DNA of 64,000 nt, taken from Fimicolochytrium jonesii. Taxonomy: Eukaryota. Both the position numbers and the translations under genes were made by a program. Positions within the stretch are counted from its first letter, which is position 1, and each line of letters opens with the position of its first letter. The notes below the pieces were generated by a model, which was not told the DNA's origin, searched no databases, and saw only the letters and a program-made list of their open reading frames with translations. The stretch lies in NCBI RefSeq assembly GCF_025526975.1, contig NW_026515668.1, forward strand, positions 1,426,001 to 1,490,000, read 5' to 3'. Below are positions 12,889 to 25,911 of this stretch, in pieces.

Positions 12889-14936
12889 ATGGGAATCAAT
12901 GGAGTGTGGTCCATCATCGGCGACTCCGGAATCAGGGTTGCTCTCTCTCGGCTCTGCAGTGGGAGACTGAGGCCTGGAACCCAGGTTTCTGCACCTGCCA
13001 CGGGTGGCTCCGATGAAGACGAAGTGATCGATTTGACAGGCATTTCAACCGCCGTTGGTTCAACCGAAGTGCAAACGACAGATACTCATCCAACAAGCAG
13101 CGGCATTATACCTCTACCGCCCCAACCTGGTTGGCATCCAGTTCGACTGGCAATAGATGCCTCATTATGGATCTATCATTCGCATTCGGCTGTGACGCAT
13201 TTCAACGCCACAAATGCATCTCCCTGGACGCCTTCTCAAGGGCTCAAAAACCAGCCCAATGCATATCATCTCCGAGTATTCTTCTTCAGGCTGTGTCGAC
13301 TGCTGGTTCTGGGCATCAAGCCCATCGTTGTTTTTGATGGCTGGAATAAATCCAAAGCGAAGGTGTGAACAAATGAACGGTTGCCCCGCGACATAATAAC
13401 CTAAACTGGCTTTCTCCATGCAGAGAGGAGGTAGAGGCAGTTTTGGCAGCGCGGCCAATGGCTTCATTATCCTAGCGAAGCTCTTCGGGAACCCAGTAAA
13501 AAACGCCGATGGGGAGGCGGAGCAGGAATGTGCGAGACTCGAGCTTGCTGGAGAGGTTGATCTGAGTTGCACGGATGATGCAGATTACTTTCTTTTTGGC
13601 GGGCGATACCTAATGTACGCAAGCAGTCGTTGCCTTTCACACAGGGCTGTGGTGTCACATTTTGGTCTCACTTGGAATGGCTTCTCACATTCACAGGCGC
13701 ACTTGGCGAGCAGGCGGATGGAAACCATCGGGCAGCGGCACATCAACGCCGACAAAGTCGAAATCCCGTGGGGTTGGGGAAGCGAGCACGCCCACGCCGA
13801 TGGCAACGTCTACAAAGCGCAAAGCCATGGGTGGTGCCGCCGCCCGCTCGCAAAAGATCAGCGATGACGACAGTGACGGAGCGTCTACCGCGGATGAGGT
13901 CGAGGAGGAAGAAGGTTCAGATTTAACCCACACGCGGATCTATCGCATGCCAGATTTAAAAAAAGACTACGATCTAGACCGCGCGGGGTTGTTATTGATA
14001 GCGTTGTTATGCGGCTGCGACTACGGCAATGAAGGAGGGATCAAAGGAATCGGTCCAGTCAGAGCGTTGGAGCTGGCTAAAGCGGGTTATGGAGCAGAAC
14101 TTCTAGCGGAAATCAACCAGCGGCGTGCACTACCTCAACTTCGACCTGAACAAAATTCACCGCGGAACTTTACGACCACGGAAAAGATTGCCAAGGCACT
14201 GGTGGGCAAAGAAGAAAGTTACCGAGAGGTTTTGAGCCGTAAACGACCCTCTTCGGTGAAGGCCTTGACGGAATCAGGGTTTCCGGATATGAGGATTGTC
14301 GACGCATTTTACGGACGAGATGGAATTCAGCAGGCTGGTGGACAAGCACGACAGGCAGATACATGGGAGTGGAGTTTGCCAGATATCGAAGGATTGCGGC
14401 GATTCTGCGTTGACGAATTCGAATGGACACCGACTTACACAGAGAAAATGTTCGAAGGGAATCTCTACCCGGCAGTGCGATTGCTACAATTGCGTTTGGA
14501 AGCACATCGAAAGCTGGCTCCACCCATTCCTGCTCCATACAAGACTCGGCCGACTAGCCATGCGGAGAGCGAAGTCCTCGTCCAAGGAATCCACCGGAAA
14601 CGGGTCAAATTCGGTGGCTCTGAGTATCGGGTGACGTTGAACTACGATTCGTTGAAGCGCACACATCTTCAAAAGCTCAATATGCCATCAGGCTCTCACA
14701 ACTCTGCGGAAGCGTTAAGCCCTCGCGTATGGGTAGAAGCCGATCTAGTATCTATGGCATATCCGACTATGGCTGCTGCATATGAAGAGCACGCAGCAGC
14801 TAAGAGTGCAAAAAGGTCATCAACTGCAAAAAGAAAGAAGACATCGCAGGTGGAGGTGCCTCGCGGCCAATCTACTATCGACTCGTTCTTCCCAAAGGCG
14901 AAAAAGATGATGAGCATTGCCAACAATGATGTTTAA
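12889..14936 (+). CDS. GEN1: XPG/Rad2-family structure-specific nuclease, GEN1/Yen1-like Holliday junction resolvase
   Basis: MGINGVW, RLAIDAS, PIVVFDG, GEAEQECA, TDDADYFLFGG and LLCGCDY..GIKGIG give a complete acidic active site. Short arch, chromo-like segment (VQGIHRKRVKFGGSEYRV) and C-terminal QSTIDSFF. Introns at 13363..13423 and 13615..13696. Confidence 0.85.
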
Positions 14937-15594
14937 TTGTTCTATTTCACTCGTCGGCAAAATACATTCTCCCTCCCATATCGTTTTCACGCCGAGTGTC
15001 GCTCTCATCTCCTACACAATGGCGTTGTCACCATTGGGGCGTGTACAATTGACCGCCTATGAGCCATAAGCGACTCGGGTTATATGAATTCCAATCAGAT
15101 CCGAGTCGCAATCTGTACTTCGTAGCACTTTGACGTCCTGCGGCTGGGAGAGCCCGCCGGAAATTTGCGTCCGCTGTGGGAACCTGCTGGACACGTAGCA
15201 TCACTAAATGAGCCTCTTGCCGAATCGGTGCTATGGGCACGCACTCAAGTAGGAGGCTGTGGCGATTGAACCGTCCAACGATATTCGCTCATCGGTAGGT
15301 CTAGAGCCAGTCGAAAGGCCTACAGCAAAGCGGGACGGCTTTCGAGTTTCCGCGTCCACCGTGACTCGAAGACACTTGACAGAGATGAAGCCGCGAGAGG
15401 ACGGCGTCGTCAGGACCGGCTGGGCAGACGTCGAGTCAAGAGTCGAGAAGTCTTCTCCTGTATTGCCCATTGGTCCATCCGCCCTCATATAGATCAATAC
15501 TTCAAAGGTGAGAATTGTCCTTGGAAGTGCTGTTTGCCAATCAGAGACTGTCAAAGTGGACCCAAATTGGCATCCTGCTGAAATTTTCCTTTCT

Positions 15595-16014
15595 TCATTC
15601 AGCAACTACATCCATGCTATCGTTTCCTCTCTCTGTTGTCGCGGATCGGTTGCCCTCTTCCTTTCCGGCCTCCTCAGGCGCCCAGTCCGAAAACAGGAAT
15701 TGGCAAACCGCCTCGCGCTGATCGGGGTTGGTGAAGCACCACACATAATGGGCGTGACAGCTCCACACCTCTTCCCCACGCTCCTCGGCAGCCTTCCACG
15801 CTGGCTCGCGACCCGCACAGGCTATAGCCTGAGTGAAAGTTCTTCCAAGTCCATTGTCTCCGAGCGCTGGAGAGGTCAAACGATAGAATTCGGAGGTCGA
15901 AGGGGTGCAGTTGCCGACCGTGCCGCGGAAAAAGCACATTCGAAGGCGGCGGGTTGCGGTGTGGCTTTCACCGCTATCCGAGGAAGATCGCTTGCGAGTG
16001 TTACCAGACGACAT
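15595..16014 (-). CDS. Hypothetical small Cys/His-containing protein
   Basis: ATG at 16014 gives a 139-aa ORF (MSSGNTRKRS...MCFFRGTVGNC...VWSCHAHYVWC), divergent from PIK1. No homology recognised. Confidence 0.4.
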   Translation of the reverse strand: MSSGNTRKRSSSDSGESHTATRRLRMCFFRGTVGNCTPSTSEFYRLTSPALGDNGLGRTFTQAIACAGREPAWKAAEERGEEVWSCHAHYVWCFTNPDQREAVCQFLFSDWAPEEAGKEEGNRSATTERGNDSMDVVAE

Positions 16015-16435
16015 GTTCGGAACGGCTTTTTTTCGTGGTAGGCGCCAATACAGCGGAAACGTACTCAAGTTGAGTTGAAAAGCAAAGAAGGACAGATGAG
16101 ATTGCGGTGGCTGCAGGTTGCAAGGTGTTCCGTGGCGAGGGTCAAGCGTGAGAGGAAAAAGCACGCAGGGAGTGCTGGGAACGACGCGTTTGAACTTTGA
16201 CGGCGGCGATGGCTCTCGGATTTCGAATTTGGACCCTCTTTGAGCTTTCGCCCCAGCATAACAGCGACCAGCAAATACTGTACGTACAATAGTTCATACC
16301 GACGACTACTGCTGCATATCTATTAGCTAGAGAGGCCATTCTTGTGTTTGCAGTAAACAGCTTGAAGGGCACCACATCTTACTCCATCCAGCGCAAAGTG
16401 TCTTCGCTCGCGTTTCAAAGAGGTGGTAGCCTCGA

Positions 16436-19400
16436 ATGTCCCACAGTATCTCGAACGATACCGGCTTCGATAGCAGCACGGTTGTAGGGAAGCAGGTCGA
16501 CTCGAACGCGGCCCCTAGTGATACTGAGCACGTGCTGGATATAGACCCCATAGTAAATGGGGACGGCAGTGACGAATGGCGGGAGTTACCGGTCGACGAT
16601 ACTGCAACGCTTGAACAAGAGCAAAACCCGAAAGTCCTGACGAATACGCTAGACGAACCACCAGAACAGCAGCATGACCAGGAAAGCCAAGCTGGGCAGG
16701 ACGAACAGCAACCGCAGGCTTCGAAAGGGGAGGTGCAAAGCGCTCAGAAACCTCCAAAGGAATCACAGTTGACGCCGCCTCAACGAAACCAGAACAACCC
16801 CGCTATTGAGAAGAACTGGCTCCTGCGATTTTTCCAATCGGATTTCTTTGATCCGCGGATCGCTCTTTCGTACCTGCATCGCTATCCAGAATCGATAGGA
16901 ATCCAACATTACATATGCGACAGGTTGAATGAATTCCCCGTAGACGAAGTGGAGTTCTTCTTGCCTCAATTATGGTTCGTTGACAGAATTTAAAAGGCTT
17001 GCTGAGGTGGGTGGGAGGTCGCCGCCCGCCGTGTGCCATGGCGATGACCGGGGAGGGTGGGGCTCATGAGATCAGATCGAAGCACGATTCCTTATTCACT
17101 GCTGCCGTCCATCCATCTTCCCTGCCTCGTCCCACAGCCATCTGGCGATCACCAGCCAGAATGAGTCCGTCGCACTGGAGAACTTCCTGCTGAAGCAATG
17201 TAAACGATCGCAGCATTGTGCTGTTCTGGTAAGATCTCGTTATCTTAGTATGTGATTCCAAACTCCTGGGGCCGTGGACGACTCACCATAACCGTAAATT
17301 CTAGACATTCTGGCTCCTACAAGCGCATTTGAACGACCTGAGGGCATTACCGCAGTCGGAGAGCTACCGGTTGTGTCAAAGGCTATACTACAGATGTCAA
17401 GTCCTGATGTTCACAGACGACTATACCAGCAAAGCGGCAGGGAGTCCGGCACCTACCACAGCGAAGATCGAGCACTCGTGGAATCCTTTTCAGAAGAAGA
17501 AGATGAGGGAGAACGTTCGGCCAGCGGTTGTTGGGATAGGCGCTGTGCTTGCGGCTGGTGTATGTCCGCTTGCTGTGGATGCGGGCAGAGAAATGATACT
17601 GAGTCAAGGGCGGAGATGGAAAGATCTTGCACACGACACAGACGGCCCACAGACATCCGCTGCGTCCACGAAGCGGTCGGACAGTGTGAGAAATGGGCGA
17701 TCGGTTGACCATGTATTGGGCCAAACATCGAAGGGACGCAGGCACTCCACCGAGATCATGTCGCAAGAACAGAGACAGATCGACCTAGCGGCTCGGATAC
17801 CAATAGGCTCACCGAGTCCAGATGAGTTATCGCGTGGCGGGGCGTTTTCGTTCAACCGCTATGTGGCGAAGGCAATTGATACGACCAAATCGCCACCCAA
17901 GACACCCGTTCGTCACCAGCCGCAACAGCGCTCGAGTAGCATGTCGAACGTAGTGGACCAATCTTTTTACTCGAACTTGCTGACTCGGCCCAGCGGATCG
18001 AAAACGTCACCGAATCACCCAGATCTGGAGCGAAGCCATTACTTCCATGCCGAGATGCAATTCATGATGACATTGGTGGAGATCTCGGACCGGTTACGGA
18101 CCGTGCCGAAGGAGGCCAGGCAGAGCACACTGATTGCGGAATTGGAACTGCTGAACCACAATCTGCCGGCAAATGTGTGCCTGACGCCCTGGTGCCGGGC
18201 ATCAGCAACGCATCCTGCACACCACCGCATCGCTCGAATCAGCCCATCCGACGCAGTCGTTCTGAACTCGGCTGATAGGGTTAGTATCGTTGCAGCAATT
18301 TGGGAAGCTCATCTGAGATTCCCCAATGTGGACTTTCCTGACGATGTTCTCACCATTTCAGGTCCCATACTTGATAACAGTAGAGGTGTTGGAAAGCACC
18401 GATCAAGACAATGCGGCAGAAAGTCGTGTGGTTGAGAAGCGCCGTTCGCGTGCCTCATTCCATGGTGATTACACGCACGATCCTGATGAGGCTGAAAGTC
18501 GAGTACGTTCCGAAAGACGATCCATGGACAGTCAGAGGTCAGTCTCATGGGCGACAGGTGCGTTGGTAGACAGGCTTATTCTGTTTTGGTGAACAATCTT
18601 CGATTTCCTCTTACTTACCCTCGGCGACATTATCCGTTTCCATGATGCAGAAGCAACGACACCGGCTGAATATCATCGAATGGTATTGAATCGACGAAAA
18701 TCGAACGCTTCCATTACCTCCCGGACATCGATGAGCCCGCTCGATGCCACCCCCACATCCCCTCTAGCACACCCTGGGAAAGATCCACTCGACATCTCGA
18801 ATAAAGCAGCCCCAGCCCCACCAACTCCAGCAGACGAATTCACCGAACGCCTTCGAACCGCGGCAGTTATGTTAGCTCAACTATATCGACAGCAGCAGCG
18901 CGATGTATCATCGCAGGGGCTCGCATCCCCAACCGCGCAATCCTCAACCATGATTGTTGGAGCGGGAGGCATACCCGCACCGCTCCTATCACCGCGTCAA
19001 TCGAGCCAGGCTGCTGACACAAACATTGTGAACGTCCCAGCATCGCAAGCCGTCAATAAAGACAAGCGGAACTACCAAAAATTAAAAGCCGATTTTGAGT
19101 CCATCAAGAATCGGCTGATTAAGGAGATGGTTACGTTGGAGGAAGCCCGTGTCAAGGCCTTGGCGCAACGGATGAATGAAAGGGCGTCGTTGGGCGCCCA
19201 ACAGGCCACAGATGATACGTTACCGGAAACGGAAGAGTCATTACGAGCCCGATGTCAAGAACGAGACAAGGATGATCCAAGTGGTGAGTTGCGAACTTCA
19301 GCGACCGACAGCAGCCATTGGAACTACAGCTAACTCAACTATCGCTGCAGCGGCGGTTTTCCGAGAAACATGGGATGCGAAGATGGAGCGAATCAGAGCA

Positions 19401-20721
19401 TCATCGCCGTATGGCCGACAACCCAATTGGCGGCTGTTTTCCGTCATTGTCAAATCTGGTGCAGATTTACGGCAGGAGCAACTGGCTTTGCAACTGATCA
19501 AGGAGATGCAGCGGATATGGCGTGCAGCCAATGTTCCGGTCTGGGTTTGCTAGTAAGAAGGGTTTGGTGAAAGACCCTAGGACTTTTGAGGGCGGATATG
19601 CTGATGCCTTACCCTCCTCTCAGCTTCCAACTTCTGATAACATCAGAGCAGTCGGGCATCATGGAGACGATCCGTGATTCTATCTCGGTGCACTCGATCA
19701 AGAAGAACGCGTACGCAAAGCAGATGAACGAAAACGGACTGCCGTTCACTCTGTACGACTATTTCGTCAAGGTAAGGATTCTTCGGGTTCTAGAATCCGA
19801 GTTTGTGACAAGTGTCCCTGAACAACCTCGTATCGCAGGAGTTCGGCCACCCGGGAAGTACACGGTTCGGGCAGGCTCAGGACAACTTCATGCGATCTCT
19901 CGCGGCATACTCTGTGATTTGCTACCTTCTGCAAATCAAAGACAGGTGCGTTGGCAATCGATTTTCAGCCATCCCGCTGTCATGCAACTTACGTCTTCAT
20001 TTCACTGATGATTAGACACAACGGCAACATCCTGCTCGACATGCAAGGCCATGTGATCCACATCGACTTCGGTTTCATGCTGTCGAATAGCCCTGGCTCT
20101 GTCGGCTTCGAGCTAGCTCCATTCAAGTTACCCCAAGAATACGTCGATATCCTCGGCGGGCTTGGCAGCGAAAAGTTCCGAGAGTTCCGGGAACTCATGA
20201 AGGAATGTTTCCTGGCACTGCGAAAGGAAGCCGACGAAATCGTCGCCCTCGTGAAGTTGATGGAGCATGGGTCCAGTCTCCCGTGTTTCACGGGCGTGAC
20301 ACCCAAGCCCTCCAACATGCCCACGCCATCATCACACCCAACAACATTCATCAACTTTGCAGGTTCAGAGTATGATCTACAGAACGCCACGGGTGCAGCC
20401 GGGAATAGTGCAGCCGCAGCAGCTGCCCAAGCCGCCGCCGGGACGGCCGCCAATTCTCATTCACAAACAGCGGCGGCAAGGACGTATCCGGTCTCGGCGG
20501 CTCTGCGAGAACGATTTCTCCCGGGCGGCACCAAGGACGAAGCTTGTGAGCTTGTCGAGTCCTTGATCGATCGCAGCTGTGGGAGTGCTTTCACAAGGAT
20601 GTACGACTCCTTCCAGGTGAGTGTACTTTCGCATATTGCTTCAAATTTGTGGCGGAGATGTGGTGAAGCCAACACACTATGGATGCCCCTCTTTCAGTAC
20701 TACGCAAATGGCGTACTGTAG
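16436..20721 (+). CDS. PIK1: Phosphatidylinositol 4-kinase (type III beta, Pik1)
   Basis: N-terminal WLLRFFQSDFF...EVEFFLPQL, Pik1 region VVLNSADRVPYLI, catalytic SVIVKSGADLRQEQLA, LLQIKDRHNGNILLD, IHIDFGF and terminal FQYYANGVL. Multiple GT-AG introns. Confidence 0.95.
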
Positions 20722-21088
20722 TTCATGCGGCTTCCACCCACCACCTCACGCGAATCCCCATCAAGATACAATGGTGAAATTAGCATGTTCCCGTTCATCA
20801 CTATGAAAAATGCCACTCAGCCACATCTATGATAACACGCCTCAGTCTCCACTACACGGGCTGGCCGCACCCACCCCCACCCTCACATCTACGGCGAGCG
20901 ATACCCCCGCGCGCTTGTATCATTAATCTAGATTTGAATATATATATCCCAGGCCAAGCTTCTTCGATGTCTTGGAAGCGCGGCGAATCGTGGCTAGTGA
21001 GTGCGTTTGAGGTGGAACGAATGGCGTGGTGACGAAAAGCGCTATCTCGTTGTGCGACGTATATGTTGTCGATACCTCAATTGAACTA

Positions 21089-22304
21089 TCATGTTGGCCG
21101 CTCCCATCGGTAGCTTCGATACATTGCATCCAGAAAGTTTTGATCCTGTGACGATGGTTGGATGTCAAGGGGTCGAGCGATTTTGGAACGCAGTTGTGTG
21201 AAAAGCACCATATTACCTGGGCTAAATGTAACATTCTGCTCCTGAAGTCCCTATCCGGCAACCCACCACGGACGCTCTGTGGTGCCAGATCCTCCACCCA
21301 CTGCCACACATCCTCCAGCCGCTGTATTTGCCTCTGCTGAGGCATGATCGGGGGCGCCGAAACCTGTGATTGCGATGAACCTGTCAGCAACGTAGACGGC
21401 GGCGGAGGCAGCTGCTGAGCCTGATGCCGTTGTGGTGGGGGGTGTTGTTGTGGGCTGGGACTGTGTCTAGCGTCGACGGGTGCGCCGTGTGCATCGACCA
21501 CTTTTGCGCGTTGGAACATGGCCATGATGTCGACGGGTTGATTGGCATGGAGTTGCGGTGTGGAGGTTATGCTGTGGTTATGTTGTGGCGCGTGATTTAC
21601 GTTGGGGGTGTGATTCCTTGGAGCGCTTCGTTCTGTGTATCTAGGGGCCGGAGATAGAGTAAGCATACAGAACAAAGCAAGTAGGAGCATCTTATGCTTC
21701 GTACGTTGTCAGCGTTTTCACTATCCGGGTCCGGTCAGATGTTTCATACATCCATAACCCTTGCACACTGTCTGATGTACATAACGGAGACCGTCAGCAT
21801 TTCTGTCATGGCTTGATGCCGGCCTTCCAACGCAAAACGTACCATCTGGCTGTCGATAGATAACAAACTCCTGCAGCAGCGTGACTTCCATGTCGGAGTT
21901 GAGCATGACGGACAGATTTTCGAGCCCTAACCGGTTCATCACAAACAGCCCATAAAAGGGCTCAACCGAGCGCTGGAAGACGAATAATGTGCCTTCTATC
22001 CCTTTTTTAGTCTACAGGTGTGATCAGAAGGTCGGTCTCAGTGACAAGCATGGCATATTCGATTTGGCGTCCTCGGTCTGTCCCGTCGCTGCGATCTACG
22101 GCTCTCCATGCTGGCTCGAAGCGCCATAGTCCTCCGCTTCCTCCTTCTCTTCCCCGCCTTGTCGTCCTTACCTACCCAGCTTTTGTTCCCAGGGTCAAAG
22201 TCATACACGACAACGTGACTCGAACTATCCAAGACGCCGTTGATGGCAGCATCGTGTCTTCGCAGAACGCTCAGATTCGCGGCCAAACGCGCAGCGGGAT
22301 CCAT
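21089..22304 (-). CDS. DCP1: mRNA decapping enzyme subunit Dcp1 (EVH1 domain)
   Basis: NLSVLRRHD....LDSSSHVVVYDF...W|TKKGIEGTLFVFQR...YGLFVMNRLGLENL and QGLWMYE, plus a C-terminal helical segment ending DQNFLDAMYRSYRWERPT*. Several introns. Confidence 0.92.
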
Positions 22305-22564
22305 CTTGGCAACTACGGCCTAGGAATGTTGGTTATGAGCGGGAGTTTGCCGTATGACAAGAGTCTTGGGCCCCAAACTTACCCGAAAGTCTTGAGAACG
22401 AATGGAAAACGTTTAGTTCCGTTGGTGGGACAGACGGGAAAGAGGGGTACATGCTCCAAAAAGCTCAGAAAAGCAAACTGCGACGCGAACCCAGCAGAAC
22501 CCAGCTCTCCCGCTTTCCCCCACGGTTCAGCAGACAAGCAGGGAGCAACTGGGGAGCATCTAGC

Positions 22565-23502
22565 ATGCCCTTCGACACCGTGCGGCAGCTGCCTCTGGAG
22601 CTCCTCTGACGGACGGATTACTAGCTATGCAGAATGCCCAGGGCGCTACCGGATGGGGCTGGTCGACCGCCTCTATTCAAGGATCCATATTCACGACGAG
22701 GTAACATTGAGTACTCTTTTTCACAATCCTGGAAACCAATCCCAACCGCTTTATTTGGATAAAGGACTTCCAACTGGAGGACGGGGGCCTCGCGACAAAC
22801 CGAGGAAATTCGGCCCGTTGGTCGCCCTTAGCGTTTCTGAAAATTAGCTGCATCTTAGGCCTGGCTGCGTCGAGGCTGCGAAGCCGCTGCGTCGAGTGGC
22901 TTTTGGGTTCATAGCTGGGCACACGAGAGTTTTTACGAGTCTCTCTAGATTTTCGGTCCGGCGTACCTTATAGCTCCGAGGGCCCACTCGCACGCTGTGC
23001 AAAACCTTTGCGAAACGCTTGCTTGGTTTTATGCGCCGGAGGTTACGATTTTGCGTAACAGCGGAAAGCACACATGGGCCCTCCCTGCCTCATTTAAGAA
23101 ACCTCTCTCTGTCGACAAGCAATGGGCTCTTTTACTCGTGGCCTTGGTCGGATTCGCCATCTCTCAACTCTTGTTCGACTTCAGATTTGCGAGTCAGGAG
23201 ACTTGGAGATAATACGTGAGCTATCGGAGCAAAACTTTGAGAATGACGGCCCGGCGGAGCTTCCTGGATGGAAACAAAGAGAGTGCATTCGAATACTCAG
23301 ACTCACTTCACCGGATGCGCAGAAGAGTTTGTTTCACCGTAACGAGGAAATCAAGAAGCGTTTCGTGGGGAGCTGGAGATCTACTCGGAGGATGACGAGT
23401 CATGGACGGACACAGATTCCGGCATCCCTCAGTAAGTACTTGGAGGATCACCAGACTCGGAATCCTGGGAAAGATCCTCATCAGAGTCTGATGGATAGAT
23501 AG
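22565..23502 (+). pseudogene. Probable disrupted F-box protein gene
   Basis: MPFDTVRQLPLELL ends at TGA 22607-22609, but another frame continues RITSYAECPGRYRMGLVDRLYSRIHI, completing an F-box-like motif. Further broken ORF fragments run to about 23500; the 3' extent is uncertain. Confidence 0.4.
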
Positions 23503-24875
23503 GATTGGAATATGAATATCACTTGTGGCGATTGTAATCAACCATACACATGTATATACCCTTCCCCTCCAACACGCCCGATATGTCTAGTGGCAAAACG
23601 AAAGCACGAGCCTATGCACAACAACTATGACCCAGATGACAGCATAGATACTGGATCTGGCAGGCATGCGCTGAGGAATGCGGGCCGGCGATGCGTCGGT
23701 CAACAGCATGCAACCATGGAAACGCTGACAATCCCACATACATTTCAATCATTTGACAAATATAACACTTGGCAAAGCCAAAACTACATAGAGTGCTTAG
23801 GCCATACTACGGACGAAACCTATGAACTGAATTAAGACTGGCCGCAGGTGCAGTTCGACTGGCACTGGCAGCCTTGGCCAGTTCCGTGACAGCTGCGGAT
23901 GGAGAGGGATGAATGCGCGAGAATGGGCTACTCTTTGTGAAGGTTTCAAAACCAGCGATGAAGCAACCTACCTGCAAGCCTCGTTGTGAACGGTCTTGGT
24001 GGGACGAGCCGTCTGGTCGTTAGCGGACTGGCCGGATTTCTTGCAGCCGCAGTTCTTGCAGTTCGCGGAGCACTTGCAGACGGAGCCTTCTGGAGAAAGC
24101 GAAGTGGTTTAGCATTTGCACTCATCAGGGTCTGAGATGGCCACCTTGTTACGGTCCTGGGTCACGCGTAGCGTACGATGACTGACGTGCGGTGTCAACT
24201 TACTGCTGCATTGACAGTCACCCATTCTGATAAGAAGTGTGCTTCTTGAGGTTTGAGTGCGTTGATGTTTGTCGCTTGGTTGTAAGAAAGTTTCCTGCGG
24301 AGAGAGCCAGGAGAAGAGCCCACCTGCTCTTATATGCGTTGAGATTCTTGAGGACAGAGGCTGACGCAGGTGACGCTCCACCAAGCTTGACGCGGAAATG
24401 ACGCCCCTGTTCCCCACACTTCCACCCCACACTTTTCCGCCCTGCTTCGGAACCTCACCTCACCAATCGTAACAATGTACTGGGATCTGTGTTCAGAGCA
24501 GCCACACGAAGATTACAGTTTACAGCATATGATGGCAGCGGACGTTTTTTTCACGTGCCTGGTTCATCAGGAGCCTGCTCTAGCTTGGGGCGTCATATCT
24601 TGTGATACAATCTATTCTTGTGATTCTAAGAAGACACCTATCCCCCTGGTGGATAACCTGGGGCGATAATGCACCTCCAGATAATGCACCTCCAAATATG
24701 CCTCAGAGGCAAGAGCCACAGTCCCATTGCGTGAGCTGCAAGCGACTAAGCCAGAGTTTCCCAATGCCTATATAGTAAAACATCAGATCCATGGCCGGGA
24801 CAGCAAGCTCCGGTCTTTTGGCCGCCCACTTGCTGTGAAAATTCTCTCCACGTCTTCAATATCATGCAGAGCTCG

Positions 24876-25513
24876 TTATGTACCGCTCGGATCGTCTGTT
24901 GAACCCTCATTTATGAGCGGCGCCAGGTGCGACCGACTATTACTGCGAGAGAGAAAATGAGAGCCCGGATTAGTGGTTAACTCAAATGAAGCATCAAACC
25001 ACACCCATGGTCTTCCGTAAACTGGTCTAGCGCTCCATCACCCTCTAATCCAAACCCCACCACCCACCAATGAGATTCTTCATCTTCCGCTTCCTCAGCA
25101 AGAGCCAGCATACCAGCACCACTGCTCCTCGCCCTCATATTCGCCTTAGTCGGAGTAGCGTTCGCAGAAACTCCAACTTGCGCAGCAGGCGAGGGAGAGC
25201 AAGCAGCCGTGGCAGCCGCAAAGCCTGGCAGCCCAGCGGCACCAAAAGATGTCGAGAAAGATTTTGCTCCCGTTTGGTTGTTCAAAGCGGCAAAGATTCG
25301 GTTGTTGAGTGTTGCTGTGCTGGCCGTAGAGTTCGCGAAAGCGCCGACTGTGGAAGCAGGCTTGCTGGCGGAGGTGGATGTGCTGGAGAATCGAGACGAC
25401 CCCGAACTTTGGCTCTTGGTTGAGTTGGTATGCGATTTGTTGCTGCTGGTTTGACCTTTGGCGCGGCGAAGGGCCCGCGCGGAGAGGTGTGTTGCTGATC
25501 TGAGGATGCGCAT
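24876..25513 (-). CDS. Hypothetical protein with mitochondrial-presequence-like N-terminus, Ser/Ala/Thr-rich body and acidic C-terminus
   Basis: ATG 25513, MRILRSATHLSARALRRAK (Arg-rich, no acidic residues). A probable intron at 24943..25004 (CTAAT branch, pyrimidine tract, CAG) gives the ending ...NEGSTDDPSGT*; the unspliced ORF stops at 24977. Confidence 0.6.
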
Positions 25514-25911
25514 ATTTTGCTGCTCTATTGCGAGTCGGGGATGTTAGTGGGTTGTCGACTTCGAAGGGGTGTGATCTATCGAAGGTGATGATGGGAATTT
25601 GAAAAAGCCGCGAGAACTAGGTGAGAAAGCAAAAGGCGCTCAACCTCCGAATCGTCAATCACCAAGCAAACCCGCGCGCTGTCAAAAAGGCGGAGAAAGC
25701 CAAACCCATCGAAACTTCCCTACCAACACAAACAGCTTGTTCTGAAAATGGGCCAGCATCTTTTCTCAAAAGCAAGGTGACGTTTCCCCTCACAAAACAT
25801 CGGAAAACGGTATCAAATATTACAGATTGAATTCTTTGCTTGCGGCCCAAAAAGAATCGATTATGTACATCATCCCTTTCATTCCCACCATCTAACCGCG
25901 ACCACAGGATC

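Noticed and set aside
22020..22847. 275-aa plus-strand ORF
   Set aside because: Its 5' part is antisense to DCP1 exon 1; only the 3' part has possible meaning, as the F-box pseudogene frame.
24666..24695. 15-bp tandem duplication ataatgcacctcca(g)
   Set aside because: A simple slippage-type duplication with no further structure.
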